Virus record (IMG/VR): IMGVR_UViG_3300014204_000114
Location: 96,001-160,000 of that record
DNA length: 64,000 nt
Source: a virus
Lineage: Duplodnaviria; Caudoviricetes
Direction: 5' to 3' (one strand)
In this document: in pieces, positions 30,210-41,273 of the stretch
How the letters are laid out: each line of letters opens with the position of its first letter
How positions within the stretch are numbered: position 1 is the stretch's first letter
Notes under the pieces: generated by a model
Told to the model about the DNA's origin: nothing
The model's input: only the letters and a program-made list of their open reading frames with translations
Database searches by the model: none
Translations under genes and position numbers: made by a program

Positions 30210-31475
30210 ATGCAAACATTAAAGAAACCGGGATGGAACACAGAAGAAAGAGAATTGATCAAGGCTTTATACCCATACTTTGGGCCTGGAGTAGTAGCAT
30301 ATGTATTTCAAAGACTAGGGATTAGAAGAAACTATGGAGCTATAGAATCTCATGCCAGAAGAAATGGGATTAAGTTTACGAACTATCCTGATGACTTTGA
30401 TTCTTCTACAGTATCCGAAGATGTTCTCGCTATTATACAGGAGATGATTAATGACTCTAATGTAGATGATGAAATAGAGAATGATATAGACGCGGAATTA
30501 GATACGGAGACAGACGAGCCTTCTTATGTTCAGAAGTTTACTTCTAGAAAAGTGTCTACAACGATGGATGATCTAAAGTTGTCACTGGATAACTTGAGAA
30601 AAGAAATAGTTCCGCTGGAGATACCTGAACCAACAGATATGAATACCGGAGAGTCTTATTGCATATTACTTTCCGACCTTCATATAGGCTCTCTAATAGA
30701 GGATGAGAATAATGAAGTTATATACGACACTCAGATAGCTCTCGAAATGATTCGTGCTATGGCACAAAAGTTCTACGAGATTATACATCTGGTCAAGAAA
30801 GGGACTTTAATAGACGAGATAGTTTTAATCCTCGCCGGGGATTTAATAGAGAACGACGTCATATATGATAATCAGACATTCGAAATAGATTCTCATGCAG
30901 GTATACAGCTTAGGAATACAACCAGAGCTATATGGGAACTGATAGTAAATTTGAGAGCTACATTTAAAGTCCCTGTAAGAGTCATCACGGTTAAAGGGAA
31001 TCACGGCAGAACAGGGGCTATAACAAAAGCTAACTTCGATTCGATACTCTATGACTTCTTAGTCCTTCTAAGAGATGTACATGAAGACAATGGTATCTCT
31101 ATTAAGACTACTGATAGGGAGTACATTAAGTTTGAAGTTAAAGGATGGAAAGGGTTAGTGAGACATAAGTTACCCGCGGAAGATAAATCATCTGCGTCTC
31201 TCAAGAAGTTTGGAGGCTGGTACGCCCAGCATGGATTTGATTTTTGTGTAGGCGGACACTGGCATATGTGGGGAATAGGCAACTATGGCAATCGTCCAAT
31301 TTTCAGGAACGGTGCATTATCTCCGGGGAATGAATACGCTGAGAGTTTGTCTCTGGGAGATGGAGAACCTACAATGTTAGTATGGGGAGCCACAAGAAAA
31401 AGAATCCCTACGTCTGTTTACCCTGTAAACTTTGGCATTGAGGAAAAAGAAGATGATGATCAAGAAAACGATTGA
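30210..31475 (+). CDS. metallophosphoesterase/nuclease with N-terminal HTH-like domain
   Basis: SDLHIG, GDLIEN, GNHGR, GHWH. Confidence 0.8.
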   Translation: MQTLKKPGWNTEERELIKALYPYFGPGVVAYVFQRLGIRRNYGAIESHARRNGIKFTNYPDDFDSSTVSEDVLAIIQEMINDSNVDDEIENDIDAELDTETDEPSYVQKFTSRKVSTTMDDLKLSLDNLRKEIVPLEIPEPTDMNTGESYCILLSDLHIGSLIEDENNEVIYDTQIALEMIRAMAQKFYEIIHLVKKGTLIDEIVLILAGDLIENDVIYDNQTFEIDSHAGIQLRNTTRAIWELIVNLRATFKVPVRVITVKGNHGRTGAITKANFDSILYDFLVLLRDVHEDNGISIKTTDREYIKFEVKGWKGLVRHKLPAEDKSSASLKKFGGWYAQHGFDFCVGGHWHMWGIGNYGNRPIFRNGALSPGNEYAESLSLGDGEPTMLVWGATRKRIPTSVYPVNFGIEEKEDDDQEND

Positions 31476-31950
31476 AAAATTATCTGGGTTTCAGGTTGCT
31501 GATTTTTGGCACATAACTTTGGATGGCAAGTACCCATTATGTGTTCAAACGGAAGCTGATAAGAGATTTTGGGATGGATACGAAGTTAAGTTAAGTGACA
31601 GCGAAATTCCGGAAGATGGTTTCGTCTGCGGAATATGTTTTGTTTTACAAGGAAAGGAGAAAAGGAAAAATGAAGTTAGTATTGAATGAGGGAGATGTAC
31701 AGCTTGAACTTAAGAAAGAATTTTGCGAAGAGTTCGGGATAGATAAAGATAATTGCGAAGCTCCAAGTCCCCAAGAAAGAGCTAATATGGACTTTATTGT
31801 AGGAGTTGAAAAGTGGATAAAAGAAAATAAGAATCCCGGAGTTGATGGAGTCAAACTTGTGATAGTAGAGGCAGACGACTCTAAAGATTTCTATCTTAAT
31901 ACTCATAGCGAATGGACAGCTAACGAGTTTATAGAGTACACGGAGTTTGA

Positions 31951-32232
31951 ATGAAACTAATTGACGTATTAGTATTCTGCGATCTATGTAAAAGCAAATC
32001 AGAAGCTCGTAGGCTGATTCAACAAGGGGCTGTTCAGGTGGACGGAATAAAGATTAAGGACATTGACACTCTGGTTAACCCAACAAAGAAAGAAGCAGAA
32101 GAATATTTTGAAAAACATAAAGACGAATCAAATATAGAAGTCATGACGAACAGTTTTCAAATGAAGAAAATAGTATGGATGGATACGGAACCGGTAGTGA
32201 TGGAAAATAAGGAGAATTCATCGTGTTTATAG
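31951..32232 (+). CDS. stand-alone S4 RNA-binding domain (like the TyrRS C-terminal domain)
   Basis: [32 protein letters not shown]. Confidence 0.8.
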   Translation: MKLIDVLVFCDLCKSKSEARRLIQQGAVQVDGIKIKDIDTLVNPTKKEAEEYFEKHKDESNIEVMTNSFQMKKIVWMDTEPVVMENKENSSCL

Positions 32233-33257
32233 AATTAGCATATGAAAAATTTAAGCCGTTGGTTGATGTCTGTTATATAGAAGTTAATACCGAATGGACA
32301 GATAATGGGATAAACCAAAAGGTAGATAATTTTACAGCTGTAATTACTTCACTTCAACTGAATGACCAATTCTTAGCTATAGAATTTTCTGATATAGCTC
32401 CATATCCTTTAAGTAGCACTGGTACCCACTGTAGAAAACAGTACGTCACAGCTATAACTAACTCTAATGCAAACCTATTTTATCGCGGGAACCAAGAAAA
32501 AATAGCATGCTGGGATTTTCTATCTAAAAAAATGACAACATTTATAATAAAGCCAATAGCGACAAAAAATGATTAAACAGCCGAGATCAAGAATCTGGAA
32601 AGACTTAGAATATGATGAGCTCGTATTTGAGATACGTATGCATAACAGCTGGGTCGCCCAAAAGAATATAAGATTAAGACTTGCTTGGCTTTTAATCAAA
32701 AAAGCTTTTACTGTCTTATTATTTTGGGAGGGATGATGGTGTATTATACAACAAATTATGCAAATTCAACTACTAGCGCTAGCCATGATGGTTATTACTA
32801 TTATCCTTATTATGCTTCAGCGCCAGTAAAAAGTCTAAGACAGAAAGTCATGGACGTAGTTGATGGCTTTAGAAGAGGCCATATAGATTATGAGGAAGCC
32901 AGAAAGGATATATTTAGTCTGACCAACCAAGACTCGCAAGACGAAAGGCAAGAAGGTATAGAAACTATAAACGAAATAAATAGAGTAAACAATCTTATAC
33001 CTACAGGAGGGTAAGGATAAAATGTCTACAATAAGATTTGGTAATACTAACGACATCCCTAAAGGAGGAAACAGATATATAGAAGTACATAGGAACCCTA
33101 GTCCAGGAAACATAGTATCAATACTTATAAAATTCCCTGAGCGATATCCCGAGACGATTGATCTGACTGAAGAGGATGTTATGGTGCTGAAGGCACAGCT
33201 TAGTAATATCTTATCGGATTTGAAATATCAAAGACTGAAAGAAATAAAGTATTAAAT

Positions 33258-33812
33258 ATGATATTCTTTACTTCAGATCTCCATCTCAATCACTGGTCTA
33301 GTCCGGACAGGAATATCATAAAGTACTGCGATCGACCGTTCGAAGACATTAACGAAATGAACGAGTCTATTATTAATAATTGGAACAGTATTGTATCTAA
33401 GAATGATACAGTATACCATCTTGGTGACTTTGCATTTCATTGGGTAAAAGACTTAAAGCATAATGAGATTGTACCTTATTGGGAATCTAGATTAAATGGT
33501 AAGATAGTCCATATAAAGGGTAATCATGATGATTCCATACGGCCTTGTATAGAGGTTGCGGTGATTAAGTTCAGCGGATTAAATATACTTATGCAGCATC
33601 ACCCTCCCTTCAGTCTATTGGAAGTGCCTGAGTTTTGTAATTTAGTTTTATGTGGGCACGTACACGAGAAATGGAAAGTCCAATGGCTGGATTATCCGGA
33701 GGGTCGTAGAGTACCTATAGTTAACGTAGGCGTAGATCAATGGGGTTTTAAACCTATATTGAAGGATGATTTAATTAAATTTTATAAAATGCTACAGAAA
33801 GAAGAAAAATGA
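33258..33812 (+). CDS. calcineurin-like phosphoesterase
   Basis: FTSDLH, YHLGDF, GNHD, HHPP, GHVH, NVGVD. Confidence 0.9.
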   Translation: MIFFTSDLHLNHWSSPDRNIIKYCDRPFEDINEMNESIINNWNSIVSKNDTVYHLGDFAFHWVKDLKHNEIVPYWESRLNGKIVHIKGNHDDSIRPCIEVAVIKFSGLNILMQHHPPFSLLEVPEFCNLVLCGHVHEKWKVQWLDYPEGRRVPIVNVGVDQWGFKPILKDDLIKFYKMLQKEEK

Positions 33813-35645
33813 TTATAACGATCCCGTTCATGACTCTACTATATCTTAATGTATTCTTACAGGATTTAACAGGCTCTTGCGTAGAGAAAGCATTTGACTG
33901 TTTTGGGGTCGGAGACGACTATGTAAGGACTGTATACAATGATTTTGATGACGCGTTTGGATATACTTGGTTTTCGAATGATGCTATGATGGGTGTTTCC
34001 GAAGGACAATTGCATCTAATCTCTCCGGAGCCCGATGGTACATGCGCTATTATAGATCAAGTAGGAGTAGTTAGCGATGATATGATATCCGTATTTTATA
34101 ATATAGAAAATGTTCATACTACTGATTTGTATACAATTGAACTGCATGTTAGAAGAGATAAAGACGGAGAGCTAAACGAGACTAATATAATCCGCAGATG
34201 TAATGACACATTTGAATACGTAGACTACGATCTAATAGATACGATAGGAGGATTTGATGGATAAGTTCGATATGCCATATTACTGGTGGATATCTCAAAA
34301 GAAATTCAGAATAAAGATGTGGCTTCAGAGGCTATTCAGAGGATACGCCGACGAAGATATCTGGAGCGCGGATGTTTGGATAGCCAAAAGAATAGTAACA
34401 GCTACTAAAAGATTACAAGAAGATATTGCCGGGTACCCATGTCCTCTAAAAGACGACGAAGAATGGGAGAGTATCCTTAAAAAGATACAGGAAGGTTTTG
34501 AAGCATTAATTATTCTTGAGACAGATGATTACGAAGTGGGTGTAGATAGCGGAGATTTTCATACAGAACCTACTGGAGATGGATATTATAAAATGGTTAG
34601 AGATGATCCAGAAGCTTGGGAGAGATGGCATGCGGTTAATTCCATCAAAATATCCTTACTAGAAGAGAAGTATAAGATAGGGATGGAATTACTTGTAAAA
34701 TATTTCAGGTATTTATGGAATTAAAAAAAGAAAATTTGGCTAAAGCCTTAACTATCTTAGAAGCTATCTGGAAAGAAGGAGAGATCTCCTGGATGACATA
34801 TATGTTTGATACCCCGGGTATAAATATCAACAGAGATATAGAAGATATTATAAAGAAAGCTAAAGAGGAATTAGAGCAAATATGAATATATATATATTAA
34901 AATATAACTATTTTGAATGCAGCCGTATCTTTGGAGCAACATTTAATAAGGAGTATGCGGAGTTAGTAAAAGCTGATAGCGATATCCCTAAGGATATAGG
35001 TATAGAAGAAGTCGAGTTAGACATCCCATTTTATTCTATTAAGAATTATTGGGAAGTATTTATGTCTGATACGGATTATACTGAAAATATATCTTTATGG
35101 GCACTGCTGGTTAATACCAGTGAAGGAGAAATTGACGACTCTCTGATAGAATATTATCAGGAAGAAGGGTATTTCCATTGTATAACGCGATTCAGAGTTA
35201 AGGATTATACTAAGGAAGAAGCTGAAGTAAAAGCTAAAGAGTTGTTCACTAAGTTTTTAAATAAATATGAACCATTTGAAAGAAAAGAATTTACTCTTAT
35301 AAAGGATGTATAAATGAAGATTGAAACAACGCTAAGAGAATTTGCAAAAAGCGATTATCTATGGAATTCTTGTAGACGTTTGTGGCTTTCCCCAGGTGAT
35401 ATTCGTGATCGTATAAATCAATATAGAATAGAAGAGGTTAACGAGAGTGTATACATATTAATGATTACGATGTTTTATTTATCGTTTTATATATTACTCG
35501 TTCCTTGGCTAACTCTTCTTTTAATTCTTTTTATATCGACTCTTGTCGTAGCTATCCCTCAAGGATTACTGCTCGGAATATTTAGTATTAAAGATCAAAA
35601 TCAATCAAAAGCTCGTTGGAAATCTAGACAATAATGTTAAATAGT

Positions 35646-36173
35646 TTAAGAAAAAATCTTATCCCTTATCTCAGACAGCGAATACTTGATTTTGCGTACG
35701 CTCACAAAGAGTCTATCCGCAATCTCATTAAGAGTCTTATCCTCAAGATAATAAAGATATATTATCTTCTTCTCGAATTGAGTAAGAAAACTTGGGAGTT
35801 CCTCGCTGAATATAAACCAAGTGTTGATAGCTTCGTTTTGTATCTGCTCGGCTTTAATATCCCTGATAAGCCTGTCGCTATTGAGAAGGGGATCGTTCCT
35901 TTTCTTTAACTTCTGAAGCCATTTAGCTATCTCGAAGCTTGCATAGTAAGAAGCGAATACATGTCTTGGTAGTCTTGTGGATTTCCTTCTGATTCTCTTT
36001 TGGTATTTATCTATTACCGTAAGGAGGATAGCATAATACTCGTTATAAAGATCCTCTTTCTCATAATAATCCAGTACCCATTCCATATTAAGACGCGTTT
36101 TTAATACGAGTCTTTCAATAAAACTATTGAAGTACTTCAGTTCCTGTTCTGTTAATTGTCTCTTGTCTTCCAT
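35646..36173 (-). CDS. sigma-factor-like protein (region 4 HTH)
   Basis: LTQFEKKIIYLYYLEDKTLNEIADRLFVSVRKIK, and EDLYNE resembling region 2. Confidence 0.65.
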   Translation of the reverse strand: MEDKRQLTEQELKYFNSFIERLVLKTRLNMEWVLDYYEKEDLYNEYYAILLTVIDKYQKRIRRKSTRLPRHVFASYYASFEIAKWLQKLKKRNDPLLNSDRLIRDIKAEQIQNEAINTWFIFSEELPSFLTQFEKKIIYLYYLEDKTLNEIADRLFVSVRKIKYSLSEIRDKIFS

Positions 36174-36708
36174 ATTCAGCTAGTAACGCCGCCTCAGCTA
36201 TTCCATCTTGTTCTACTTCTTTACCGTCAGGTATGAGCTCTATGTCGGGAAATAGTTTTTTAGCAGTTATAATCGCTAATCCTTTTCTTTGTTTTTTAAG
36301 TTGTGCTTTCTCTTGCTCAGTCAAACCTTTCGGGGTCGATATAGTAATACCTAATTTTGCCTTCCATGTCGCCGGATGCACTAAACGAAATTCTATATTT
36401 TCGAATATGAGCATAGCTAATATCATCCCGTAGCCTACTCCATAAGTAAACATAGAAGCGACACCCTGCCTAGGCATCGACTGTGCCTTCTCTAAATAGA
36501 CTATCATCTTTTCGTCAAGGCTTAAAGGTTCGTGCTTTATGAATCTATATATCTCAGTGATGTCTATTAATTTCTCGCCTTCGATTTTTTTAGAGGTCAT
36601 TGGAGCTGTTTTAATTAGATTCCCCTCGTCATCTATCATCGCCATTGCGCCTTTAGCACCGGGATCAATACCTATATAAATCATAACTTTCTCTTTTTGC
36701 AATTGCAT
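36124..36708 (-). CDS. RuvC-like Holliday junction resolvase
   Basis: YIGIDPG..GA, LEKAQSMPRQGVASMFTYG, P.TWK, DGIAEAALLA. Confidence 0.85.
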   Translation of the reverse strand: MQLQKEKVMIYIGIDPGAKGAMAMIDDEGNLIKTAPMTSKKIEGEKLIDITEIYRFIKHEPLSLDEKMIVYLEKAQSMPRQGVASMFTYGVGYGMILAMLIFENIEFRLVHPATWKAKLGITISTPKGLTEQEKAQLKKQRKGLAIITAKKLFPDIELIPDGKEVEQDGIAEAALLAEYGRQETINRTGTEVLQ

Positions 36709-37082
36709 CCGACCATAGGCAACTCATTATTGGTCAGGAAATCATGCAGCCATTGTGCTAGTCTTTCGGTGTCGTCCTCGCTTAAGTATATACAAGCCTT
36801 AAAAGTCATAGCGTGAACCATCTCATGAAGGAATACTTCCTGGGCGAACTGCTCCGGGATACCATCCTCTATCTCTATTACCTGAGTACATTCATCGTAC
36901 TGACCTACATCACCTAAACTATATTCAGAGTTAACTCTTTGAGGCTTATCTTTGCTTTTCTCTTTGTCGATGTCCGTAATTTCAGGGACAGCTGTTATTT
37001 GTATGACGTTGCCGCCAAGTTTTATAAAGTCCCCAAATGAGGATCCCCAAGGATGCCCTGCTTGTGAATTTTTAGACGGCAT
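36681..37082 (-). CDS. HExxH metallopeptidase-like protein
   Basis: GQYD....IEI.......EVFLHEMVHA...E. Confidence 0.65.
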   Translation of the reverse strand: MPSKNSQAGHPWGSSFGDFIKLGGNVIQITAVPEITDIDKEKSKDKPQRVNSEYSLGDVGQYDECTQVIEIEDGIPEQFAQEVFLHEMVHAMTFKACIYLSEDDTERLAQWLHDFLTNNELPMVGCNCKKRKL

Positions 37083-37605
37083 TTTCTTTCCAAAATTTCT
37101 TTTTCATTAAATAGTCTACTTCAACTAGAGTCTTTGCTTTGTATACTTCTAAAGCTTCGGACTGCACATGCACGGAGTCCTGCTGTCTCCAGAAGTACCC
37201 TGCATTAAGACCTAGCTTCTTAGCTTCCTTAGCATAAACTTTATAGCCTTTATCACTAGAGCTCCATATAGCCTCGCCGTTTTTACCAACTACAAAGCAG
37301 TCTATGGCCAATCCCCAGTTATGCCAGGAGTAGCCCGGGATGGCATTCGTAGCCCATTTGCCATTACTGGGACCTACTGTTTCAAGGCAGTAAGCAAGAT
37401 ACTTAGCTCCCTTAGTCCGGAGTTCGGCTATCTTAGTCATGATTTCTTCTTTACTTCTGGACTGTCTATAAAGTGAGGCTTGTTCGTATACATCTCTGAG
37501 CGTAAAAAAAGGACGCATGATAACGCCCTGTGCGGCGCAGTTCAAAATAAGCTGCTGCGCCTTATCCTTAAAAGTAGCATCAAGCAATTCTAAATTAGCG
37601 GCCAT
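37072..37605 (-). CDS. M15 family peptidase (endolysin)
   Basis: TLR...EQ..LY, ATNAIPGYSWHNWGLAID, W...DSVHVQ. Confidence 0.85.
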   Translation of the reverse strand: MAANLELLDATFKDKAQQLILNCAAQGVIMRPFFTLRDVYEQASLYRQSRSKEEIMTKIAELRTKGAKYLAYCLETVGPSNGKWATNAIPGYSWHNWGLAIDCFVVGKNGEAIWSSSDKGYKVYAKEAKKLGLNAGYFWRQQDSVHVQSEALEVYKAKTLVEVDYLMKKKFWKENAV

Positions 37606-38212
37606 AATTCTTTTTCCATTCTTTGAAGTTCTTGTATTGTTTCTTTCTGTATTCTTTTGCCTTTTGCTTTTGCTCTTCCTTCTTTTTTTTCTGGGCGTCT
37701 GTGAGAGCCCTTTTTACCCTCTTTTTTCTTTCCGCAGGATCAGGTTCGCGCTGGCTAATCCAATCATCTATTTCTACTCTCTTATCTATAGCCTCTATAA
37801 TTCTATTATACAATAATTCGGGGGTAAGAGAAGCAAGTTCTTCGCGTTGTATTTCAAGGTAGGAATAACCGGCGCCTATAGCAGCTCTTTTTTTAAGATC
37901 ATCATATCTTTTTTGTTTGACTAGCTGCGTCAAAGCCCTGAAGTTATTATCTACATGCTCTTCTTTACCAAATACTATAGGTTTATAGTGCTGCTCCCCC
38001 TGGCATTCTATAATAAGCTTAAGATCCTTTATGAACCAGTCATACTTAAGCCTTTTGTTTGTTATAGAAGAGTTGAGTTTGTAGGAAGGATACTCCTGCA
38101 GGATGTTAAATAGGTTAAACTGAGGGATCTTATTAAGTAGTCTGCCTATAGTCTTATGAAAGTCGGATGCGTTTTTAGCGTATTTTTGATTTTGTATGGG
38201 CATAGATTCCAA
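37595..38212 (-). CDS. DUF559/Vsr-like endonuclease
   Basis: RLKYDWFI..LKLIIECQGEQHY...DDLKK..A...GYSYLEI. Confidence 0.75.
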   Translation of the reverse strand: MESMPIQNQKYAKNASDFHKTIGRLLNKIPQFNLFNILQEYPSYKLNSSITNKRLKYDWFIKDLKLIIECQGEQHYKPIVFGKEEHVDNNFRALTQLVKQKRYDDLKKRAAIGAGYSYLEIQREELASLTPELLYNRIIEAIDKRVEIDDWISQREPDPAERKKRVKRALTDAQKKKKEEQKQKAKEYRKKQYKNFKEWKKNYGR

Positions 38213-38871
38213 TAGTCCTTTGTAAATCTAAAAGTTTAAGTTCGTTTAAGAACTGCCCTAAGTCATTAAATACAATATCATCATCGATAAATTCGAGCTG
38301 GCCTCCCTTCAATTCCTCTAAATACATTTTATTTGTTTCTGCGTCGAAGAACTGAAGGAAGGTCCTAAGCCCTGCTGAAGTAGTAGACATGTGCCAATAT
38401 CTCTCATTGGTGCCTACTAGAGGGTATATATTAGAATCAACAAGTTTAAATTTGGTATTTACTATCATAGTTTACTGGGGTTAGCTTCTGAATCCTCAAG
38501 CTCTTTAAGAAGTGCTGCATAGATTTTTCCGTAATGATCCCCGCCGTTATAAGTAATGCCGGGAACTTCATGGACGGCTCCACAGCGAGAGCACTTAAGG
38601 AAGTCAAAAGAGATTATGGCTGATGCGGGAGCCCCAAGCATTAAGGAATACTCGGCTTTAATCCTGGATATTTTTATCCTCTCGAACCACGTTGACTTGC
38701 ACACCTGGCACTCTAGAATCTCTTCCTTTTTTTGTTCCTGGTTTTGTACGACGATTTCTTTTCCTTTGTATATCTTCATCTTCTTTCTCCTTTTCTTCTT
38801 CTGTTTTTTCTTCTAAATTAATAATATTGCCTTCGTCGTCTATTTTGAACTTTGTCTTTTTTGTCTTGTCT

Positions 38872-39621
38872 TTAAAAGTTATCACTCTTATGCTCCCCTT
38901 GTTTTACCGTTATGCACTTTTCGTAGAAGTCACAGCTGTTACAATGCGCCCCAATATTGGGGTATACAACCGCTTCACTAATATTAGTATACACTGCCTC
39001 GACTGATTTTGCAACTGTTTTCTTCAGGTCTGGAGGGATTGATAACTCTTCTACATGAACAGATTTTTCTCCTATTACATGAGCGTTGACTTTTAGGGCT
39101 TTCCCGCCGTTTAATTTATCCAGAGCGTAGAACTTAGTCAGAGTAGCGAAGTCATTTGTTATACTTTTATAGTTAAAGCTAGAGGGCTTATCGAAAAACT
39201 GCACAAGCTCAACGCTTTTGTCCTTCATAAAGACTATATCAAATTCAATATCCACAGGGATTTTAGAGATGGGAAACGTCGCGCAGATATTAGTGATACT
39301 TTTGTCTTTCTTAGTTAAGTAGTACTCTGAGTAGTACTTATGTAGGATAGAGAGTATAGATATTGATTGACCTTTTATTTTATCGTAAGTGTCTAATGTC
39401 TTATCTGTTTCCGCGGACCAAAGTTCTCTGTCTACAGCCTTATTGATATGTTTGATAGAAGCATCAACGCCTGTTTCTTCCCTAAAACTATAGAGATACT
39501 GAATGCACCTTTTTATTATTACCTGTCGTTTGTCAGGCTCTGTAGGTGTGAACCCCCGCGATTTATAATTAAAGAACTTGCGAGGACACTGGATATAATA
39601 TACTGCTTCTGAAGGGTTCAA
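38872..39621 (-). CDS. Cas4/AddB-like PD-(D/E)XK fold protein, probably catalytically degenerate
   Basis: N-terminal CP..F and C-terminal CNSCDFYEKC, but no ExK motif. Confidence 0.55.
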   Translation of the reverse strand: MNPSEAVYYIQCPRKFFNYKSRGFTPTEPDKRQVIIKRCIQYLYSFREETGVDASIKHINKAVDRELWSAETDKTLDTYDKIKGQSISILSILHKYYSEYYLTKKDKSITNICATFPISKIPVDIEFDIVFMKDKSVELVQFFDKPSSFNYKSITNDFATLTKFYALDKLNGGKALKVNAHVIGEKSVHVEELSIPPDLKKTVAKSVEAVYTNISEAVVYPNIGAHCNSCDFYEKCITVKQGEHKSDNF

Positions 39622-40167
39622 GACTCTGATCTTTTAATAAGTACCGCCGCGCCTTTATAATCAGTGAACCTAGGACTCAAAATTCCATTATCCCCTATAA
39701 GCCACCGAGGACAGAACTCCCTGGCGCCGAGTATATTATAGTCTACAAAATAGATCACATCATGAGCATTCCACCGGTCGTAATTGGGCTGGTAATTAGC
39801 GAAGTATACCGACAAAAATTGCCTGTATGCTATTCCTCCGAATTTGGAAACAGCATGAGTGGTCCTGAGTTTATTATTGATAATGTCGGATTCTTCGTAT
39901 CTAGGAACGACTATGAGGGGAGTGTCGCTATTGAGAGCCATATTATAAGCAGCGTGAAGAGCATCACCTTTCGCTTCCCTTACAAGTACCATACCTCCCA
40001 AGTTCTTCTTGCTCATTTCTTTCTCCTTAGTAATTGAAGAAGCTGTAGAGCTCTCTCAACCTCTTCAGGGTTTATATCTTTTGTGTTAAGCTTCTTTCTC
40101 TTGAGCGGAGAGAAATTAGCGAATAAATCTTTTAAATACTTATCTCTAGCCTCTTCTCTTTCATTGT

Positions 40168-40962
40168 CTACCACGGATAAACCTGTACCCCTGCCAGAAT
40201 CATATTGTTTGTGAGGGATCTTCCATAGAATGCTCCAATAGCTATATTAGGGAATACTCTATACATTACCCCCGCGGCTACATGAGATTGAGAAACATCC
40301 TGAGGGGTTACAGAAACATAACTAGATATGGCTAAAGGACTTTTTACGAGAGGGTTAAAGTTGATAACCTCAAGCCCTACTCCAACCCCAGTATATGTAA
40401 ATTTATCTTCCTTGCTGTCTTGATAACCCGCATCTACAGTCAGTATAGGTCTTAAAGAAAATATCTTTTCTTTAGGTATTACAGGCAGAATCACATCTGT
40501 GACAAGAAGCTTCTTAAATTCGTCTGTGTACTCAGCGTCTTTTAGAGTAGAGACAAAAGCCCCGTCAGAGGAATTATATCTTAATACGTCATGTAAACGA
40601 AAGTACTTATCTGAGTGTACGTAGTCTATATCTATAGCTTCAAAGCAGTCCTCACATACAGTCTGTATCGGAGGTCCTGAGTCGTCCGGATTCTCCGGAG
40701 TCCTGTATATCACTTTAACTGTAGTTTTGCTTTTCTTTTCGGACTCAAATTCGAGTTTTCTTATTGTCTCCACTAAAGCTTTATCCAGCCTCTCGTACTG
40801 TATACCTGCTTCCTTAAGCTGTGCCGCAGCGTTACTGCCATACTTTTCGGCAATCATTAATTCGCTTTTCAGATCGTTGTATTGCCTTATACCTAAGTAC
40901 AAAATAGTACAAAGCACTACGACTAAAGCTATTAGAAATAATGTCGGTTTTGTTTTATCCAT
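40168..40962 (-). CDS. membrane-anchored protein with coiled coil and beta-rich C-terminus (spanin or outer-membrane-like)
   Basis: N-terminal TM, amphipathic beta strands ending VQVYPW. Confidence 0.45.
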   Translation of the reverse strand: MDKTKPTLFLIALVVVLCTILYLGIRQYNDLKSELMIAEKYGSNAAAQLKEAGIQYERLDKALVETIRKLEFESEKKSKTTVKVIYRTPENPDDSGPPIQTVCEDCFEAIDIDYVHSDKYFRLHDVLRYNSSDGAFVSTLKDAEYTDEFKKLLVTDVILPVIPKEKIFSLRPILTVDAGYQDSKEDKFTYTGVGVGLEVINFNPLVKSPLAISSYVSVTPQDVSQSHVAAGVMYRVFPNIAIGAFYGRSLTNNMILAGVQVYPW

Positions 40963-41273
40963 TCTTCTTTGTTCTCTTTTTCTTCTTTTTATCTTTTGGC
41001 TTCTTTGTCAGGTACTCGTACTGTTTTAACAGGTTTATTTCCCGCGTATTATCATCGCTATCTATTACCACATTTATTATACCATCATTTTGGAGAGCTG
41101 TCTCTATCACTTCTTTTAAAGCTCTGCAGTTCTTTTGCTGTCTATGTCTTCCTGTATCAGTCAAAAACAGATCTGTACATCTTTCGAGACAAACTATTAC
41201 CGCTCTCCGCTGTTCCCTAAACGGACACCAGATATAATGGAATTCATTAGCTGGTCTTACCGCCTGTATTGTT

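Noticed and set aside
35634-35909. ORF on + strand, and the many other antisense ORFs in the track
   Set aside because: These are shadows of better-supported genes on the opposite strand, here the sigma-like gene.
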